A stretch of 63,882 nt of DNA, the filler included, from Polymyxa betae A26-41 (Eukaryota; Protista; Endomyxa: Phytomyxea): the NCBI GenBank assembly GCA_003693705.1. It is 4 parts of 4 records of this genome, joined end to end, with 100 filler letters (N's around TTAATTAATTAA, not from the genome) between each part and the next. Parts side by side here need not be neighbours in the genome. Positions count along the whole stretch, not along the records: positions 1 to 23,394 come from RBZT01000526.1; positions 23,495 to 43,570 come from RBZT01000466.1; 2 more parts are not named here. One strand, 5' to 3'. Position 1 is the stretch's first letter. Each line of letters begins with the position of its first letter. This document shows positions 13,350 to 27,700 of the stretch, one piece after another. A model generated the notes under the pieces. That model made no database searches. It was given only the letters and a program-made list of their open reading frames with translations, and was not told where the DNA came from. A program made the translations under genes and the position numbers.

Positions 13350-15649
13350 GAGTAAGTCCCCATATATAATACAACTGTATTATTCATATATTATTAAAAG
13401 ACGAATTTGTTAGCCAATGTGTTATTCATAATTGGAATAGCGCAAGTTCTTTTTGGATTTTTCAATATGAAAATCTCAAATCGCTCGTCTGTATTGATGC
13501 TGAATCTGTGTTTCAAACAATGATAATTCGGTCTTAGACCCTATTTATAACCTGACATCATCTCATTCATCTCAATTCTCTTAATTTTCCATTATTTCAG
13601 TGATCAACTCTACAGATCATCAGACACATTTTCCAGTAACTTTCCAATATCTCAGATTTTTGAGACCAACCGGCGTCATCCTCTCTCTAATTCTGACCAC
13701 ATTGTCCAAGTATATTTCCAGATATTTTCTTTAAAGGGTCTTTCCAATCATTTTATTGATCTGGATTGACTCAACTCCAATCTGAGTTTTCCGCTCAGGT
13801 TCATTATTCGCGACATTTTGTGGTTCCGTTTTCGCTGAAACCAGGTTCCTGTTTGAGCTCATGTTTAGTCTGATCAGCATAGTGCCTCTCTGGATACGAA
13901 CTCCTAGATTATACAGCCTATAAGTCAAAGCATATCTGTCTATTTATTTGCTGACAAACAGCCGACTGCTGCAACGCAATGGGTTACTCGACATGTCAAT
14001 GATTTATTAAGAGTTTATTTGCGGGAGCCTTTTTGCCCGCGAGTTGCACGGTGTATCAGCGGATCTCACAGTAGGGTATCTCTGGATCGTATTTTAACTA
14101 TAGCCTGGGTCAACATTCAACAGTACGTCAGTAGTTCGTGGTCTACCACGGCGGCTCCACGAATCTGCCGTCTTGTTTTGCGTTCATCACACATGATGGC
14201 GTCTGGGAGAATTCCTGTACTGGATCATACTCTTGATCTGCACCGGTATCGGGTGAAATTGGATTGGACTGAATTCGACTAGTTTGTTGAATATGAGCGG
14301 ACTGTCGTGTATTCCAGAAGCTCCTATTTTCGTTTTATTTTTTAGGGCGGGCAGTATTTCACCCATTTCGAGAATACAACCTTCTGCAGTTAGAAAGTTC
14401 TCCATGAATTCCTCTTGTAGATAGATTGTTGTTAAAAAAATTGCGATTCTCCTTCTGTTTGCTCTTCTTGAAATGTCTTTAGGAGTTTTTTTAATGTCCT
14501 TGCACTTTATGACTTGATGCTCAATGGTTCTGTATATCTATACAATGACGGCATTTCTTAATGTTCTTAAGAATGATTCATGTTCATGGACGATCTCTTC
14601 GTACTTAATCTAAGGTTTTTAATCGTATTTTATTATCCGTTTGGTTATAGTCGTTTCGTAACGGGACTTGGTCGGGGCTGTTGGCAAACCTGCTTTGCTT
14701 AACATCATTGTTAAGATGGGTCCGAAGATTATTCTCAATTTTCTCAAACTGTAACTTATAGGACGAAATCAGAGGGTGAAAATCGATTTCGTCGCCGGTT
14801 GCGGCAGCTGTTTCTGCAAGGTCATATATTCGGTCGTGTTCCACCATTTCCTTCGATTGAGTCAGGATACAGCACAGCTCTACAATATTGTCTCGCTGCT
14901 CAGCAAGCACCTCAGCTACATCATGGATCACTGAGTTTGTGATTTTGGTATTTCTAAGGTAATGAAAGAAAAGTTGCTGTAAGCATGATGGAGAGTCTGT
15001 AGTCTGTACCCAATTTTTTGCTCAATGTTTAGTTTGATCCTACTTTTTCATATTTCAGCGGTTTGTCATGCTCTGAGTACTGATCAATTCAATGTGAGAA
15101 CCGGACCCATTTCGGGTTGAATATCGTGATATTTTGACGATAAGTACAGATTCTGAACTTAACCCAAGTGACGTCGAAGCAGTCAGATACACGACACTTA
15201 TGTCGGACCGAAGAAAACTGATGCCTTTTGCTGTTCGTTCTTCTAATCTATATGAGCGAATGCGGAACTGCTCTCTCTACTTTATTATACCAGAAATGCG
15301 AGGGCAAGTGAAGACTAGCTTTAAAGAGTCCAGGCTGTGCAATGAGAAAGTACAGAAAATGCCCAGAAACGCGAGAGAGTATCCAGTGATGATGTGGCAA
15401 ATAAGTAAAAAAGCCAAAATGCCGTGCCGCTGAATTGTCTCAAACCGAAATCACCGGGCACAGAGCTGAAGATGCCCCTTGAGTTAGGAGATAAAGATGA
15501 GAAGGATGTACGGTACCATAAATAAATGCCCGCTGGCATTGTCTGTATATAGATTAAAGTCTACCGGTACTGACACATACACAGTCAGCTGTGACGAGTG
15601 AGCGCGACAGCCAAATCGACGTTTCGCTGATAGTGCACGGTTTTTAGGT

Positions 15650-16070
15650 ACCTTTGTTGGTGATCTGACGCCCCAAGCTATTGGAGTCGTTCAGGATGGT
15701 TTATAGCCAAGAAAACGAAACCTGATGGAAAATTTGATTCAAAAGTGATTGAATGTCGTCGACTAGTTAGATACAACAACGGAACTGAAAGAGAAGGGAC
15801 AAAAGGATGGACTCTGCGATCTCTGCAGACAGGACGATTTATATTTAGCAGAAATGTAACATTTGATGTATTAAAGGTGATGAAGAAAATGAAACCGAAC
15901 ATACAAGCGATAGACACTGAAGACGAGGAAAAGAATCCGACGGATGATGGAATTGAAAAATCAAATGAAATCAAACTCTGGAAGATGATGACAAACTCAA
16001 AAGAAGTACCTGGAAAAACGATCAGCATCGGACATATTCTTCGTTTGATACAGAACGTTCCTACCGTGTA
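15650..16070 (+). mobile_element. Ty1/Copia pol fragment (post-integrase SH3-like region)
   Basis: GKFDSKVIEC...KGWTL...GRFIFSRNVTFD resembles the copia KLDxKxxxCxFxGY...KGY...SRNVxFDE motif. Confidence 0.65.
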
Positions 16071-16148
16071 GAAGCGATCCAAGTCGTGCTCGTCACGACA
16101 GGTGCGCCATCTCCCTACTGACACCGCCTGTAGCAACAGAGTGAGCTT

Positions 16149-17530
16149 ATGAACCTCGCGAAGACGCTGGAAAGAATATGGCCGGCTCAAGCACGGGGGT
16201 GGAAGTGCATTATGCTTTCCAACCTCCACCATCTCAGGGAAATACACCTTATGGTATTATTTCTCATATTTCGGTTCAATGACAGCAATTCTATGCTGCT
16301 CATACCAGAGATGCAAAAGCTAATTGAAGAGGTAGATGAGAAGGATATTGAGGGATGGATCTCAGGAGTTCTCCCCGACGACCGTTTGCGTGACTTTCTC
16401 CTGGAGAAGATGTCACAGTTCAAGATGAGGATGTCGATCGAATCGGCTAGTGCACGCGTTCTAGCTCTGACGACCGATTTCCATAAGGATTACGGATGGG
16501 AGCGACTGTTTGAGGGAGCAGAGGGTAAGAAGCGTCGCGTAAAAAAAAAATTACAGAATGCTTTCGAGCTTCGTTTGAAGGCGATGATGACGGCCTCGGC
16601 CAGGGTCGCACACGCTATCAAAGATCCTGACTCATTCACGGATTGTTTGGCGGAGGCCGCAGTATACTATCGGGAAACATCGCGACACCAGCGAGGTAAC
16701 AACAAACGATTCAGAGCCTCTGAGTCGACCACTTTTAAGGTCCAGGTTGGCCAAAAAGTTAACAAAACTGAGGATTCGCGAAAGGTAGCCGCTCGAAAAA
16801 GGACGACGAAGAAATGTTGGCGAAGGGAATGATACGAATATATAACAGCAATTGCATGCCGAATTGCAAAACTTCGGAACAGCACCACAAATTTATGCCG
16901 AGTATGCAAAACGCTTGACTATCAGAAGCGTAACAACTTTAATTTGGGAACCTGCCCTGTGACAACTGCAGAGGTGATCACGCAACCAGCACCTGCACGG
17001 TGGATAACACATTACGCTGTGCGGAAACCAGGGACATGACTTCCACAAATGTCCTAAAATTTATATAATGCACAAAAATACAAATAACATTACAAATCCA
17101 ATGAGCTCCAATAATAATTCATCGGACATTTAAAACCAATAAAGCCCCCGATGCTTTGGTGCCTGCATTTCGGAGAACATAAGATTTGGCGCTTATAAAT
17201 CGATGGGGAAGTCTCCTGAAGGCTGAGCGAGTGTTGGCCTTTGAAATAATGGCTTTCTGATATTTTGATCGGGCCATCTTCAGTGCTTGAACACAACTTC
17301 TTTTCTGATCGTGTAGCTGGAGCTTGTGATGCCGAGCGTAAATCTAGACCGGCCCGATGGCGAAGCCAGATTGGACTCAGAGTCTACTCGTTGCTGAAAT
17401 TCAGCAAGTTGTGTAACCTGTCCTGCCACCCACCAAGAGAATAATGATTCACTTCCCATCTGCAATCGAGAACGTTTATGCGATCCACAAGGGAGGTTCG
17501 TCGCTGGCACGGAGGTAACGACTCAAGGTT
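16149..17530 (+). mobile_element. Degenerate LTR retrotransposon gag (CCHC knuckle) and pol remnants, Gypsy-like
   Basis: Gag-like helical ORF (MRMSIESASARVLAL...DYGWERLF) followed by LCGNQGHDFHKCP zinc knuckle at about 17017-17055. Downstream sequence is heavily decayed. Confidence 0.55.
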
Positions 17531-17599
17531 GTACGCGCTGTCACCTGTCCGTTCGATTTAGGCAAAGAGAGGAGGAGGACGGCTATCAAAGAGAGAGAG

Positions 17600-18350
17600 G
17601 TTGATGTAAAAGAGACGGTCTCGTGCAACGGAACATCTTATTATTTCGGTTCTTGCCGATAAAATTCGGAAATATTCAAAGGACATTGATCGAATGATAT
17701 CGAAATCCAGAATCCCGGTCAGAAACTTAGTACATTTGCGAGGGAAATTGTACTTCGGTAACCTCACAGATGCGTTTTCCACAAAATTCGTCTATCAGAG
17801 CTACACGCTCTCATCGGCAGTTTTCGTGGAACACAAGAGGATATTGTTATATGAACTGCGCTACACGAAAAGACTTGTTATGCTGGAAAAAGATATATAT
17901 GCAGAGTCATCTGCATCACCGAGCACCATTTCGAAATACTTTCATTGGAGCATCGGATGCATCGGATAACGGCTTGGCGTTCGTCTGGCACAACGGGCCT
18001 ACGTCAACAAAGAAATCGATACTTCGTCAGAATTCTTGATCTGATTTCCTCCGTGGAGCTGCGAGCAATGGACATGGCGATAAGGGGGCTACCAAAAATG
18101 CATCAGCTCTACTTTTCGTAGATAATCAAGCAGTTCGTCTTGTTCAAGAATGGACAAACGAAGCTGCGCCAATATTCTCTAATTGTACAATTTCTTTGCC
18201 AGATATGGTAAAATCGATTAAATCTCTTCGAAATTCACAATCGTCGATGGCGCCTGCAATGGCCTGACTCTTTGACATGTTGGGAGCGTTTAGATGCTTT
18301 GGTGCATAAAAGCTTCGCTCAGTTCTGATCTTTTGACTCGACATAAAACA
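17600..18350 (+). mobile_element. Degenerate DIRS/Ngaro-like RT-RNase H fragment
   Basis: SDASDNGLAFVW, SSVELRAM..A and VDNQAV motifs of DIRS-type RNase H, broken by frameshifts. Confidence 0.55.
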
Positions 18351-19780
18351 TAAGCGTCCCGACGAAGTCCCGCTTCTCCAAAGCTAAGAGCAAATATTTT
18401 TCAGAGCGGTATTCGTTATGATTGGAAGATAATGTTTAGCCGTTCTCAGGAGCCTGAAACTCAATATTCACATATTCTATCTGGATGTCGAAGTTTATGT
18501 TATATTAAATCATATGATTTTCTTCCAATCCTTTCTCACTTGTTTCATTGATGCCAAATATCCCGAACCCTCTCATAAGAAGGCTGTGAATCGACATCAC
18601 GTTCGTGTGCCGAAATCCTGTAATTGTTGCCTGCGGGTTTACTGCTGCTTGGCACCGGCTTGGCTCCAGCCCATAGTCGCAGCGGACCGCTATCAAAATT
18701 GGATGAATCTGGGGCTAGTACCACTGGCCCAGGACGGCTAGCCAATCTGGGGCAGCAGATTCGCCCCCGAGATCGCCCAGTTGTGCTGGCCCACACGCCC
18801 AAAATCGATCTGAAAACATGCATCATCAATATCCTCGTCAAGGTCTGTTCTCATCGTATGGTAAAGACGGTGGCGGCAGCCAGCAGTTCCTATGGACGGT
18901 GTTCATGCTGATCGCCATCGTCTTCACATTGCTCATGATCGCCATGCCGGCACGTATCGCCTTGTTCAAGTCCATTCTGCATAAGAGTGTCGGAGCTGGT
19001 GATCAGGTGTGGCGTCGTCTAGCACTAGCTGGGCGACGTTGGCGACAATACTGGACGGGAGGTCGAAAAGTCCCTGCAGCCAACGTTCATGCTCGTTAAG
19101 TCATCTGCATCCCAAACCCATATCTCGCTTTCAAGCAATAACCTTATATTTGAATAATAAATTCCCAGCTATCTGTCGCGTTCTGATATTTTGATAATGG
19201 ATTTTCTCAAGTAAGCGAATAATTAATGCCCAGATTTGTTTCCGGCAATATAATCTGATATTTGTATTGATGGTCGTGCAGAGACGGATCTAGAATTGAA
19301 CAGAAAGCCGCTGTCAGAAACCAAATGGTCTTTTTCTGCACCAAGCCCGAATTCTGTATTCCATTCACAGAGTTATTTCGCCACTTGGCCAAATCAGCAG
19401 CGATTTGTCAATATCAGGTCAGCTCTAACTGTTACAATAACACATTTAAGCGCTTAAGCCAAACGCTATGTAACCGTCGTCCAAACAAGATTTGACAATT
19501 AGTACAGTAAAGCAAGTCAATTTGAACTTGTGGTAGCGCAAGGTGGCCAGGCTGCGCACAAGGCTGCGAGTGGCACTGTCGTGCAGGCTGCGGGTGACAC
19601 TGTCGTGCAGGTTTACGATGATGTTTTCGACTTGAAAATGGCGAAGCGGTCACTGGATGGTCCAGCGGTGCCCGGCCTCTTGTCACTGGGGCTTGAAAGG
19701 GGTCACCCCATAGCCCCATCAACGTCCCGCATCGTTACAGACCACAGTCTTAATATCGATTACGCCAACGCGTGAACGCG

Positions 19781-21565
19781 ATGTTTCTGACCGTGTGGTT
19801 GATCGCTGCTATCTTATCTCTGGCCTGTGCCTCTAACGATAATGGAACGGGCGGTTATGTCCTCATTGACCGACAACGTCCTAGTCGTTATCAGTATCTG
19901 TAAGCTGAACCCTAATCCTAGCTGTCATCTAAAATTTAGGCAGATATCAACGATGTCATAATTATCTGGAGCAAGTCCATTACAGTACGAGATTGCTGTT
20001 TGTCTTGGCGTTATCTAACCTGGTCTTGTAGTCGGTCGAAGTCGAATTGAGCACAACCATCTCGAGATCAACAAAGATGAAATTCAACCAGCGGTGTTGG
20101 CGGCCTTTACTGCTGCCGAACCATTCTTTGATGGACGAACCGATCAAGCTGTTTGCAAGTTAGCAGAACGTTGTGGATTTAGTGAAGTTCAACAGCGTGT
20201 CAATAATTATATCGCCGCAGCTGCCCAAAGTCGCTAAACCCCTTTTTTAATTTTTTTTTTACTTCTGCTATCGTGGTTCCAGCGTTTATTGATTTCTTCC
20301 AGATTTGGTCTGAATTTTGATTAGGCTCAGAAAACCCGAAGCTCGTCGATCTGGTACGCGCTCATCGCTCTTGGCGTATGATCACGAATATCGTCACTGA
20401 TGCGCTGGCATTGATCTTGCAACGCCATCCAACAAGGTATATGACAATATTGAATCTCTTTCCACAACGTTTGCGTTCCTGTTGTTTGTGATTATTGAGA
20501 CCGAGTATTCAATTGATCTGTTTAGTGCCGCCTATATCAATCATGCCAAGATAATCATGTATGTAGTCGGTAGAGATGTATTCGTTCTTCAGCTTCTAGC
20601 TCGTTCCAAGTAATTGATCGTGCTCTCATTCTATTCGGACTAACTGATATCTATCAGCTGGGACCAGCACGAACAAAGTATCCACGATGCTGGTGAAGGC
20701 GACCCGATGCTGGCGATTCGCAACCTGAGGTGAGCCTTCGTCGCTTGTGATGTAATTCTACTGATTATGATGGCAGAGGTCGTGGTCTTTTTCAATATCT
20801 AGAAAGTCAGTTCGAGTTTCATTTCCCGAAAGTGCTAAAGGAGCGTGCTGATGTCGGCGACTGCTTCTCAATCATCCCGGCCATGATGCAGGGTCTTGCT
20901 CGGGTCTGGTGGTCTGGCGCCATTCGTCCACAACGACAACGTCGAACGTTCGAACAGTTCGTGCTCGGCTGCGGTTTGTCCATTGCTGAGAAAGTCCTGG
21001 GCCAGCATTCTCTGTAGGCGAGCAGGAATTGGTCGTGCTGGCCTCTGACTTCGGGGACAGGTCGGCGCCGTTGCGGCATTCGGAGATGGCTTTCGATACT
21101 TTGGAATTCGATCAGATGTTCGACCGGCTTTTATCCGATCTTCAAATCGCGCTTGATGATCGCATTTCTGAAGACACTCCATTTAAGTCAGCTTCTATTG
21201 TTGCTTCTTGCGTTCGCTTCAGTTTCGTTGGATCTTTTCTGGCTGGTTTTCAAGTTGTGGATTTATCTCTTTGGTACATAAATTCATGAAATCCTGCTTA
21301 GGGAGCATCTGATATCGATGATTTTGGAGATCTTCAGTGATTTCGATCGTCCTCGTTATCTGTTAGAATGGGTTTCTGCTAAAGATGATAACCGGTCAGT
21401 AACTGACGCCATGTCTTCAGTCTATCGATGTTTACATTACATTATAGGCGTCAGGAAATCACGAACCTTGCAAGAGATGATCTGATGGCATCGATCGAGT
21501 ATCTCAATGCAACCTTATTACTATCCGTTCAATATTCTGATACTGTTTTTGTAGGTCGAGATTAG
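19781..21565 (+). CDS. Multi-exon secreted protein of unknown function
   Basis: Signal peptide MFLTVWLIAAILSLACA-SND followed by a series of short GT-AG introns. Exons include ADVGDCFSIIPAMMQGLARVWW and MAFDTLEFDQMFDRLLSDLQ. The 3' end is approximate. Confidence 0.55.
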
Positions 21566-23128
21566 AAGCTGTGCTTGTTTAACTGGAATTCATGTATTTA
21601 TATCTATTTAATTTTCGTGATTAAACCACATGATTCATTGTTGGAGGCACCATTTCTGTTTGCTGTTCCAGCACGATGTTGATCCTCTGATTACTCATAG
21701 AGCTTATTGAATGCGAGTTATCAATGTAGCTTTCGTTGGGCTCGAGTTCCAAGAATATTCCTGTACAGTATATGTACCTCCAGCTGACCGAGTCCAGGTT
21801 CGCTACCCGATGAATATTTAAGCTTGCCGCTGAATTTCTGTATTCCATGATATGCAAACCTCTGCATTTCCGATTAGGCAATTGTTGGTTTTGGGCTTAG
21901 ATATTTATTTCTTGATAAATAATGAACTTTAATGTTCAACTTTGATTTTATCACAAATCATATAAAATAATCAATCCAGGCTGGGTTACCGTGGCGTATT
22001 AACGATCTTGTAGAACTGATTAAATTCATGATTGGAGGCAAGACGGGAAGAGCAACGACCGTCAGCGTTTTTCGATGTCCGCACACTCATTTGAATTTGT
22101 TTTTAGAGAATCAAGTCCGGTCCGCATCAGATCACGGAAATCCTGATCGAGTTTTTCAAACCACGAAAACAATTGCCAAGAATCCGGCATCGGGGCAGTT
22201 CTCAAATCCGCCATCGTAGGACAGACCCAAAACCCCCACGGAAGTACCTCTCATTACCTAATGTATCAGTTACGATAAATTCATTATTTTGAGTTCTGAA
22301 CATCCTAAAACCAATCGAACTACCGGTAACATACTGGAGACTAATTCATTGTGAAAATACAGTCGTATGCGATTGCGCAATGGCGAAAATGTGATCCTAA
22401 AGCATAACATGCAAGAAGAAATTCGATATGCATGTACAGAAACAACATGTTCAAGTACAATTACAAAAAATCTGCATGCTGTAATGCAGCTAGGAAAAAA
22501 TCATTAACATCGCAAAAGATGTCGTAGCCTACTACAGCGGTAAACGTGCTAACCGGTGACCTCCCAGAAATTATCCCGACAGCATGTATGCCTTCCGAAT
22601 CGAAGATAATAAGAATTTCATTAGAGATCGCAATTCGGGAGCAGCATTAGCTAATCACCATCCTAATTGCGAATACCAAGAATGGCTAATTAATCGGGAG
22701 GTTCATAAATTGCTCGTAGCAAATCGCGGTATCAAGGTGCTCAAAACTGACGACTTGTCAGCGAGGCGACGCATACAATTCGACGAGTGCAATTTCACAA
22801 ATAGTTCGAGAAGGGCATTTTGAAAATGAGACTTATGACAAAAACAACGTCGATAGAATCAATCATGACTGATAGTATTCTGATGCCCTTCCCGAACTAC
22901 ATATAATACCTGTGAAATTGCAATGGTCGAAATGTTGACGTCGGATATCGGTATCCTGCCACCTGTGCAAAACTTTATGCACCAAGCTCGGTAGCACAAG
23001 TTCTGTAACTAAAGACCCGATGCTTAAGCTACCGAAATTATTCAAAAAAGCATGACTGCAGCGGTATCGCAAAACCGATTTGATTGAATCAGATACTTTT
23101 GGGTTGTGTTTTGGAGGAAAAAAAGATA

Positions 23129-23200
23129 GGGCTCAGCCGGTAATCGAAACCGGGACCTCCCCGACCCTAACAGGGAATCATGCCACTAGACCACTAAGCC
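23129..23200 (-). tRNA. tRNA-Pro(AGG)
   Basis: 72 nt GGCTTAGTGGTCTAGTGGCATGATTCCCTGTTAGGGTCGGGGAGGTCCCGGTTTCGATTACCGGCTGAGCCC forms a cloverleaf with anticodon loop TTAGGGT. A and B boxes are present, with a T7 Pol III terminator just downstream on the minus strand. Confidence 0.95.
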
Positions 23201-23394
23201 AGAACTTGGCGTGCTAGACGGAGTCGAGTTTGGAATTGGGAGAGTTTAGAAGAAGTGAAGTATTTATCATAATATTGAGATATATCAAGGTTGTCAAGGG
23301 CGTGTGCCCTTTGGTACGGTCATCAACCGTGTCGTGGCGTATCTTCCTTGACACGCCCCTTCGTTACGACTACGGTGGGTTGCGCTTGAACTTG

Positions 23395-23494
23395 NNNNNN
23401 NNNNNNNNNNNNNNNNNNNNNNNNNNNNNNNNNNNNNNTTAATTAATTAANNNNNNNNNNNNNNNNNNNNNNNNNNNNNNNNNNNNNNNNNNNN
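23395..23494. other. Artificial contig spacer (N + TTAATTAATTAA + N)
   Basis: 100-nt spacer with six-frame stop linker. Confidence 0.98.
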
Positions 23495-23599
23495 TGAACT
23501 CAATAGTTTTCTCGGAACAAACCCGATGCGTCTCGAACGCTAAGCTAAACGATAGCGACTTGCTAATGAAAGTGCTTTGATTCTAAACTTGGTTGTGTT

Positions 23600-24723
23600 T
23601 TGCAATATATTGGGATGGTGATGAATCTTTACCAGCTTGCGCTTCATCTTGACGCCATAATTTCTCTTCGAGAGCAAGAAGCGCTGAAAACTATTGTAAA
23701 GTTAATAGAGAACAATAAGAAATGGAGCGACTTCGTGCAAACCAAGATACAAACCCAGCGTAATCACCAGAGCGATTTCGTTTCGTACCGAGATAGTGAG
23801 CTTTCACCAGTATTTTCAATTCACCGGTTTTCAAACGACACTGATCAAGTTTGTGAAGTGATTATAAATTCTGATGACAATCTGGACAGCTCCTGCTCTT
23901 GTACTTGCACGTTCTTTTGTTCGAATAGACTCCCATGCCGCCATATTTCCCATGTTTTGTCTCAACATTTCAACAGAAGCCCTTTCGATGTCGGCTTCCT
24001 TCCTGGTCGATGGAGACTTGATCGCCACCCTCTTCACCAGATGGCATGCCGTCGCCTAGGTCTCAGTGCTGGTATAGAAAGACATCTTTCCGAACTCAAC
24101 GAGACTGCAAGCGTTCCAATAAGTTTGCAAGTGGCTGCAAACCAGCAAATTGATTTTCCTCACGATCAAGCTGCGAGTAGCCGCTTAATGCAGGGTTTCA
24201 AGCAGGTGGTGGCACAAGCGCATGAATCCCCCAATCTGTACAAGCGAACCAGATTGACGATCGCCAGTTTAATCAACACTGCAGGCTCCCAAGCCACTGA
24301 CATTTTTGATACAGAAACGGCGCCGGCAATAGGAGTGCTAGCTCCAGAGCGCCAACGGGGGCGTGTCCGAAACCAAGATCTGAAAAAAAAAATCGCTCGG
24401 TTTTAGCTCAAACAGGTCAGCGACCTAAACAGCGAGCCAAGGGAGAATGCGCGGTTTCCGTTCTCACAATGTAGTTCCTGTGGAATCCCACCGAGCAGGG
24501 TCATCACGTTGCCCATATACGGTAATATCCTCACAGCCGCTTGCCAGCCAGCATTCGCAGATGCCAACAGCGGCTCCGGTAAACGTCGCCGTTGCACAGG
24601 TTGTGCACGATCAACGAGCTTACAACATGCAGCGTGGTGGCAGGATTTGATGTTCTGATTGCGAATCGAGAGGGATTCAAATCACAGAATCACATCTCAG
24701 CGGTTGCCCTCTCCAATCGAATC
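23600..24723 (+). mobile_element. SWIM zinc-finger MULE-type transposase-like gene, 3' part (last codons resume at 32511-32569 after the CMC insertion)
   Basis: CSCTCTFFCSNRLPCRHI SWIM finger and RWRLDRHP. C-terminal knuckles CSSCG..HRAGSSRCP and CSDCESRGIQITESHLSGCP. Confidence 0.7.
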
Positions 24724-27700
24724 CACAGCCCAAGTAAAACATAAAAGGTCCATCTCGGAGAATTTTTTACGCGTTCTCTTTAAGATTCGTTATGTGGTGC
24801 ATTATGACCCATAATGGGCAACGTTGATTCAAGCTCCTTTCTGGTTCATAATGGGTAAACTTATAAATACATTATGGTCTTCCACTATGGATCATTACGG
24901 TCGCCCTTATGGTCCTTTATGGAGGCCTTGTGTTTTCAAGGTGGGTCTCCATTATGGATTATCATTATGGTCAGCAATGGTGAGTCATAATGTAAAGAGC
25001 TGAAACTCCATTTTGGAAAGTTCTGTTGTCCATTATGGCCCATGTCGTTGACCGCAATGGATCATAATGTCTGTTATCATGATCAGTTTATCAATAAGAC
25101 GTTGTTTAATACTAGCTATATTAAATATGTTTACAAATCATATGATGAGAATTCAGATGTGGGATTATATGTTTTGTGCTTGCACTGAGTTAAATGTGGA
25201 ACGATGTCATTGTGCGCAGTTTGCTCATAACGGTTCTTTGACTCGGTTATCATGAAGTCATGCTGGGCGTGTGTAGACTCGGGTGCAGAGACGCAGGCTT
25301 GCCGTCCATATCTGTTACGAAGTCATCATCAGCGCAAAGTCCACAAGACTAAAGCTGTTGCCTGTATTCGCAAGTTTATGACCGCATCTTCGTATGTAGA
25401 CCTGTGCCAGATCTGCCAACAATATGAATGACATTTACACATAATCATAGATCCGATGCCGATTTGATAATCTCACATCTCGACCATATGAATGTGCAAT
25501 TCAACCAACAAAGACAGAGCATGACCGGTATCGCGTCGTGTTCTGATTTAGAACATATTTGCCGGCAAAACTCTCAATTGGAACATTTCGTTGCCCTCAT
25601 GAATGACAGCGTGGTCGCCATGATTGAGGTACTCTCATTTTCTTTTTTAAGTGATCACCGATCAGATTATGAAAACAGGCTTGTGAATCCTCTGGATCAG
25701 AGAGATGGGACCTCCAAAAACTGTCCAATGATGTTTGCGCAGACTGTGATGAATTGGTGGCTGACAATGATCTAGCATACAGCCCACCTTCCGCTGACAA
25801 CTCTATGCACATGGTTGACATTGGAGATAATTTACCAGACTCTTGTAGGATAGACATTGCGATTCTCTGCAAAACAACCAAACAGCTGAATTGTCGCAGA
25901 CGAAATGTGTGCTCAACGGTGTATCATTCAATATCCAGAATTTCGGGCACCTAACTCCCCAGCTCATCGAGATTTTCTCTATTGGCCATGGCCAAACAAG
26001 CAATGGATGTCAGCTATCAGCTGGAGTGCTTCCCACCTGGGCGAATACTCAGATAATAAGCATCGTGAGTGGATGAAGTATTGTTTTCTTGATCCCCATC
26101 TACCGCACAATTTCCCTACTACATCTGAGGTCGACAATTGGTACAGCGAGAAGTTAAAAGAGATTGTGGGAACAAAAAACAGTTTGCTTGCCTTCACTCG
26201 GTTTGGTAGAATTCGAGAGTCCGGGTCACAAGCCTTTCCTAATGCTAAGCATAAGAGAATACTTACGTCGACTGTGTACCAATCCGAAACTGGCCGCTGA
26301 AATTGATTTATACCCAAGATTACCAGCTGTATCCGGAGACTTCGAGCTGAACGAATCTGCTTTCTGGAGAGCACAGTATCCTGCTCCTTGTGCAGTTTTG
26401 CCCTCCAATAGTGTTACAGAACAAGACTTGGTTTTCTGGTGCGGTGATTTCCACTTCGTGGAAGGTGAGTCTCTCCTGTGTACTGACAAACTTTGTCAAA
26501 TACTGCTGTTAATATTGCCTTATTGGACCCCACCCGACGTCTCCATGGATGCAAGTCGTTGTCGTGTTCCAGTTTTCAAAGTGGCGTCGTACGATTATCG
26601 GTTTAACAGCTCTTCTGTGGATTATGATCTATTGAAATCGCTTGGCTCATTTTTATTGCAACATGAGACAGGTTGCTAGTGGATTTCTAAGCAACATTTC
26701 GGTTCGAATGCTTCCCATCCAGGAACGCGAACAAGGCACCAAGATTGCTGGTAATCGTTGGAAAATCTAGCTATGGAGTATGCCAATGGCTGTGAGCGGC
26801 CTATTCCAGTGTTCTTTATTGGGATTGGTGCAGGTGGAGATGATTTGAATGTAAGTCGAACTAAGGCAAACTTCGGTAATAATATGTAAGTCTGACGTTG
26901 GGTTCAACACACCGAAGCTCTACCTGATCGCTTAAGCAGATATATCACTTGTACATCACATCCGAAAAGGTTGAGAGATCAAGGTACCTGGAACCTTTTT
27001 GCCTTGTGTGAACGGAACCCATTACCTTATCTGTGGCTGCAGTTATTGAAGCAAATTAATCAGTGCCGGTCGGGAACAAACTTTGCAAAATTCATTTGCC
27101 TACATTTGGACTCTGTAACCTTAGGATTGATCCATTAATATCTCCACATCATGGCTTGCGCAGAAGAATCGTGGTCGTTCCATTTCTCTCTACAGGAATT
27201 GGTGACAATCCAGCTTCTTTAACTATGTGCGGAATGACATCAGGGCGACGCTGCCGCTTTGCTTGGGATTATGGGCTCGCTGAACTTCCAGCTGCCGTGC
27301 CGAACTGCGTTCCAGAGCCTTCAGGCAGGCGAACTTTGGGCCAAGCTGTAGCCATATCAAAATGGGCAGCAACAGCTTCAACCTCGGAAATCAAGACAAT
27401 GCAGAAATCAACTGGAATCGCTCTTCTTTCGCCCTACTGTACATCTTTAATTGAGGAACATGCGAGAATGGAAGTTGATGCATATCAGTTGTTCGGTCCG
27501 GAGCTCTTGCACACTTGGAGTTTGGAACTATGCAAATACATTTTGAGGCTTTTGCTGAAACAACTGCTATTGATGGATCATGAACTTATCGATATTGTGG
27601 AGGAAGCGTTGAACGAGACCAACTGGGTTGAACTTCCCGCCAGGCTCAATGGTCAGTATATTCTGAAACATATTAACTCAATGGTTGGCAAACAGCTCAG

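Noticed and set aside
13400-15000. Minus-strand gag-like ORF fragments
   Set aside because: Probably retroelement debris, but no diagnostic motif could be read with confidence.
21620-23090. Short ORFs between the secreted gene and the tRNA
   Set aside because: No recognisable domain or gene structure.
23164-23170. TTAGGGT telomere-like word
   Set aside because: It is the anticodon loop of tRNA-Pro(AGG).
23395-23494. TTAATTAATTAA palindrome inside N runs (also 43571-43670 and 58822-58921)
   Set aside because: Artificial six-frame stop linker used to join contigs; not biological.
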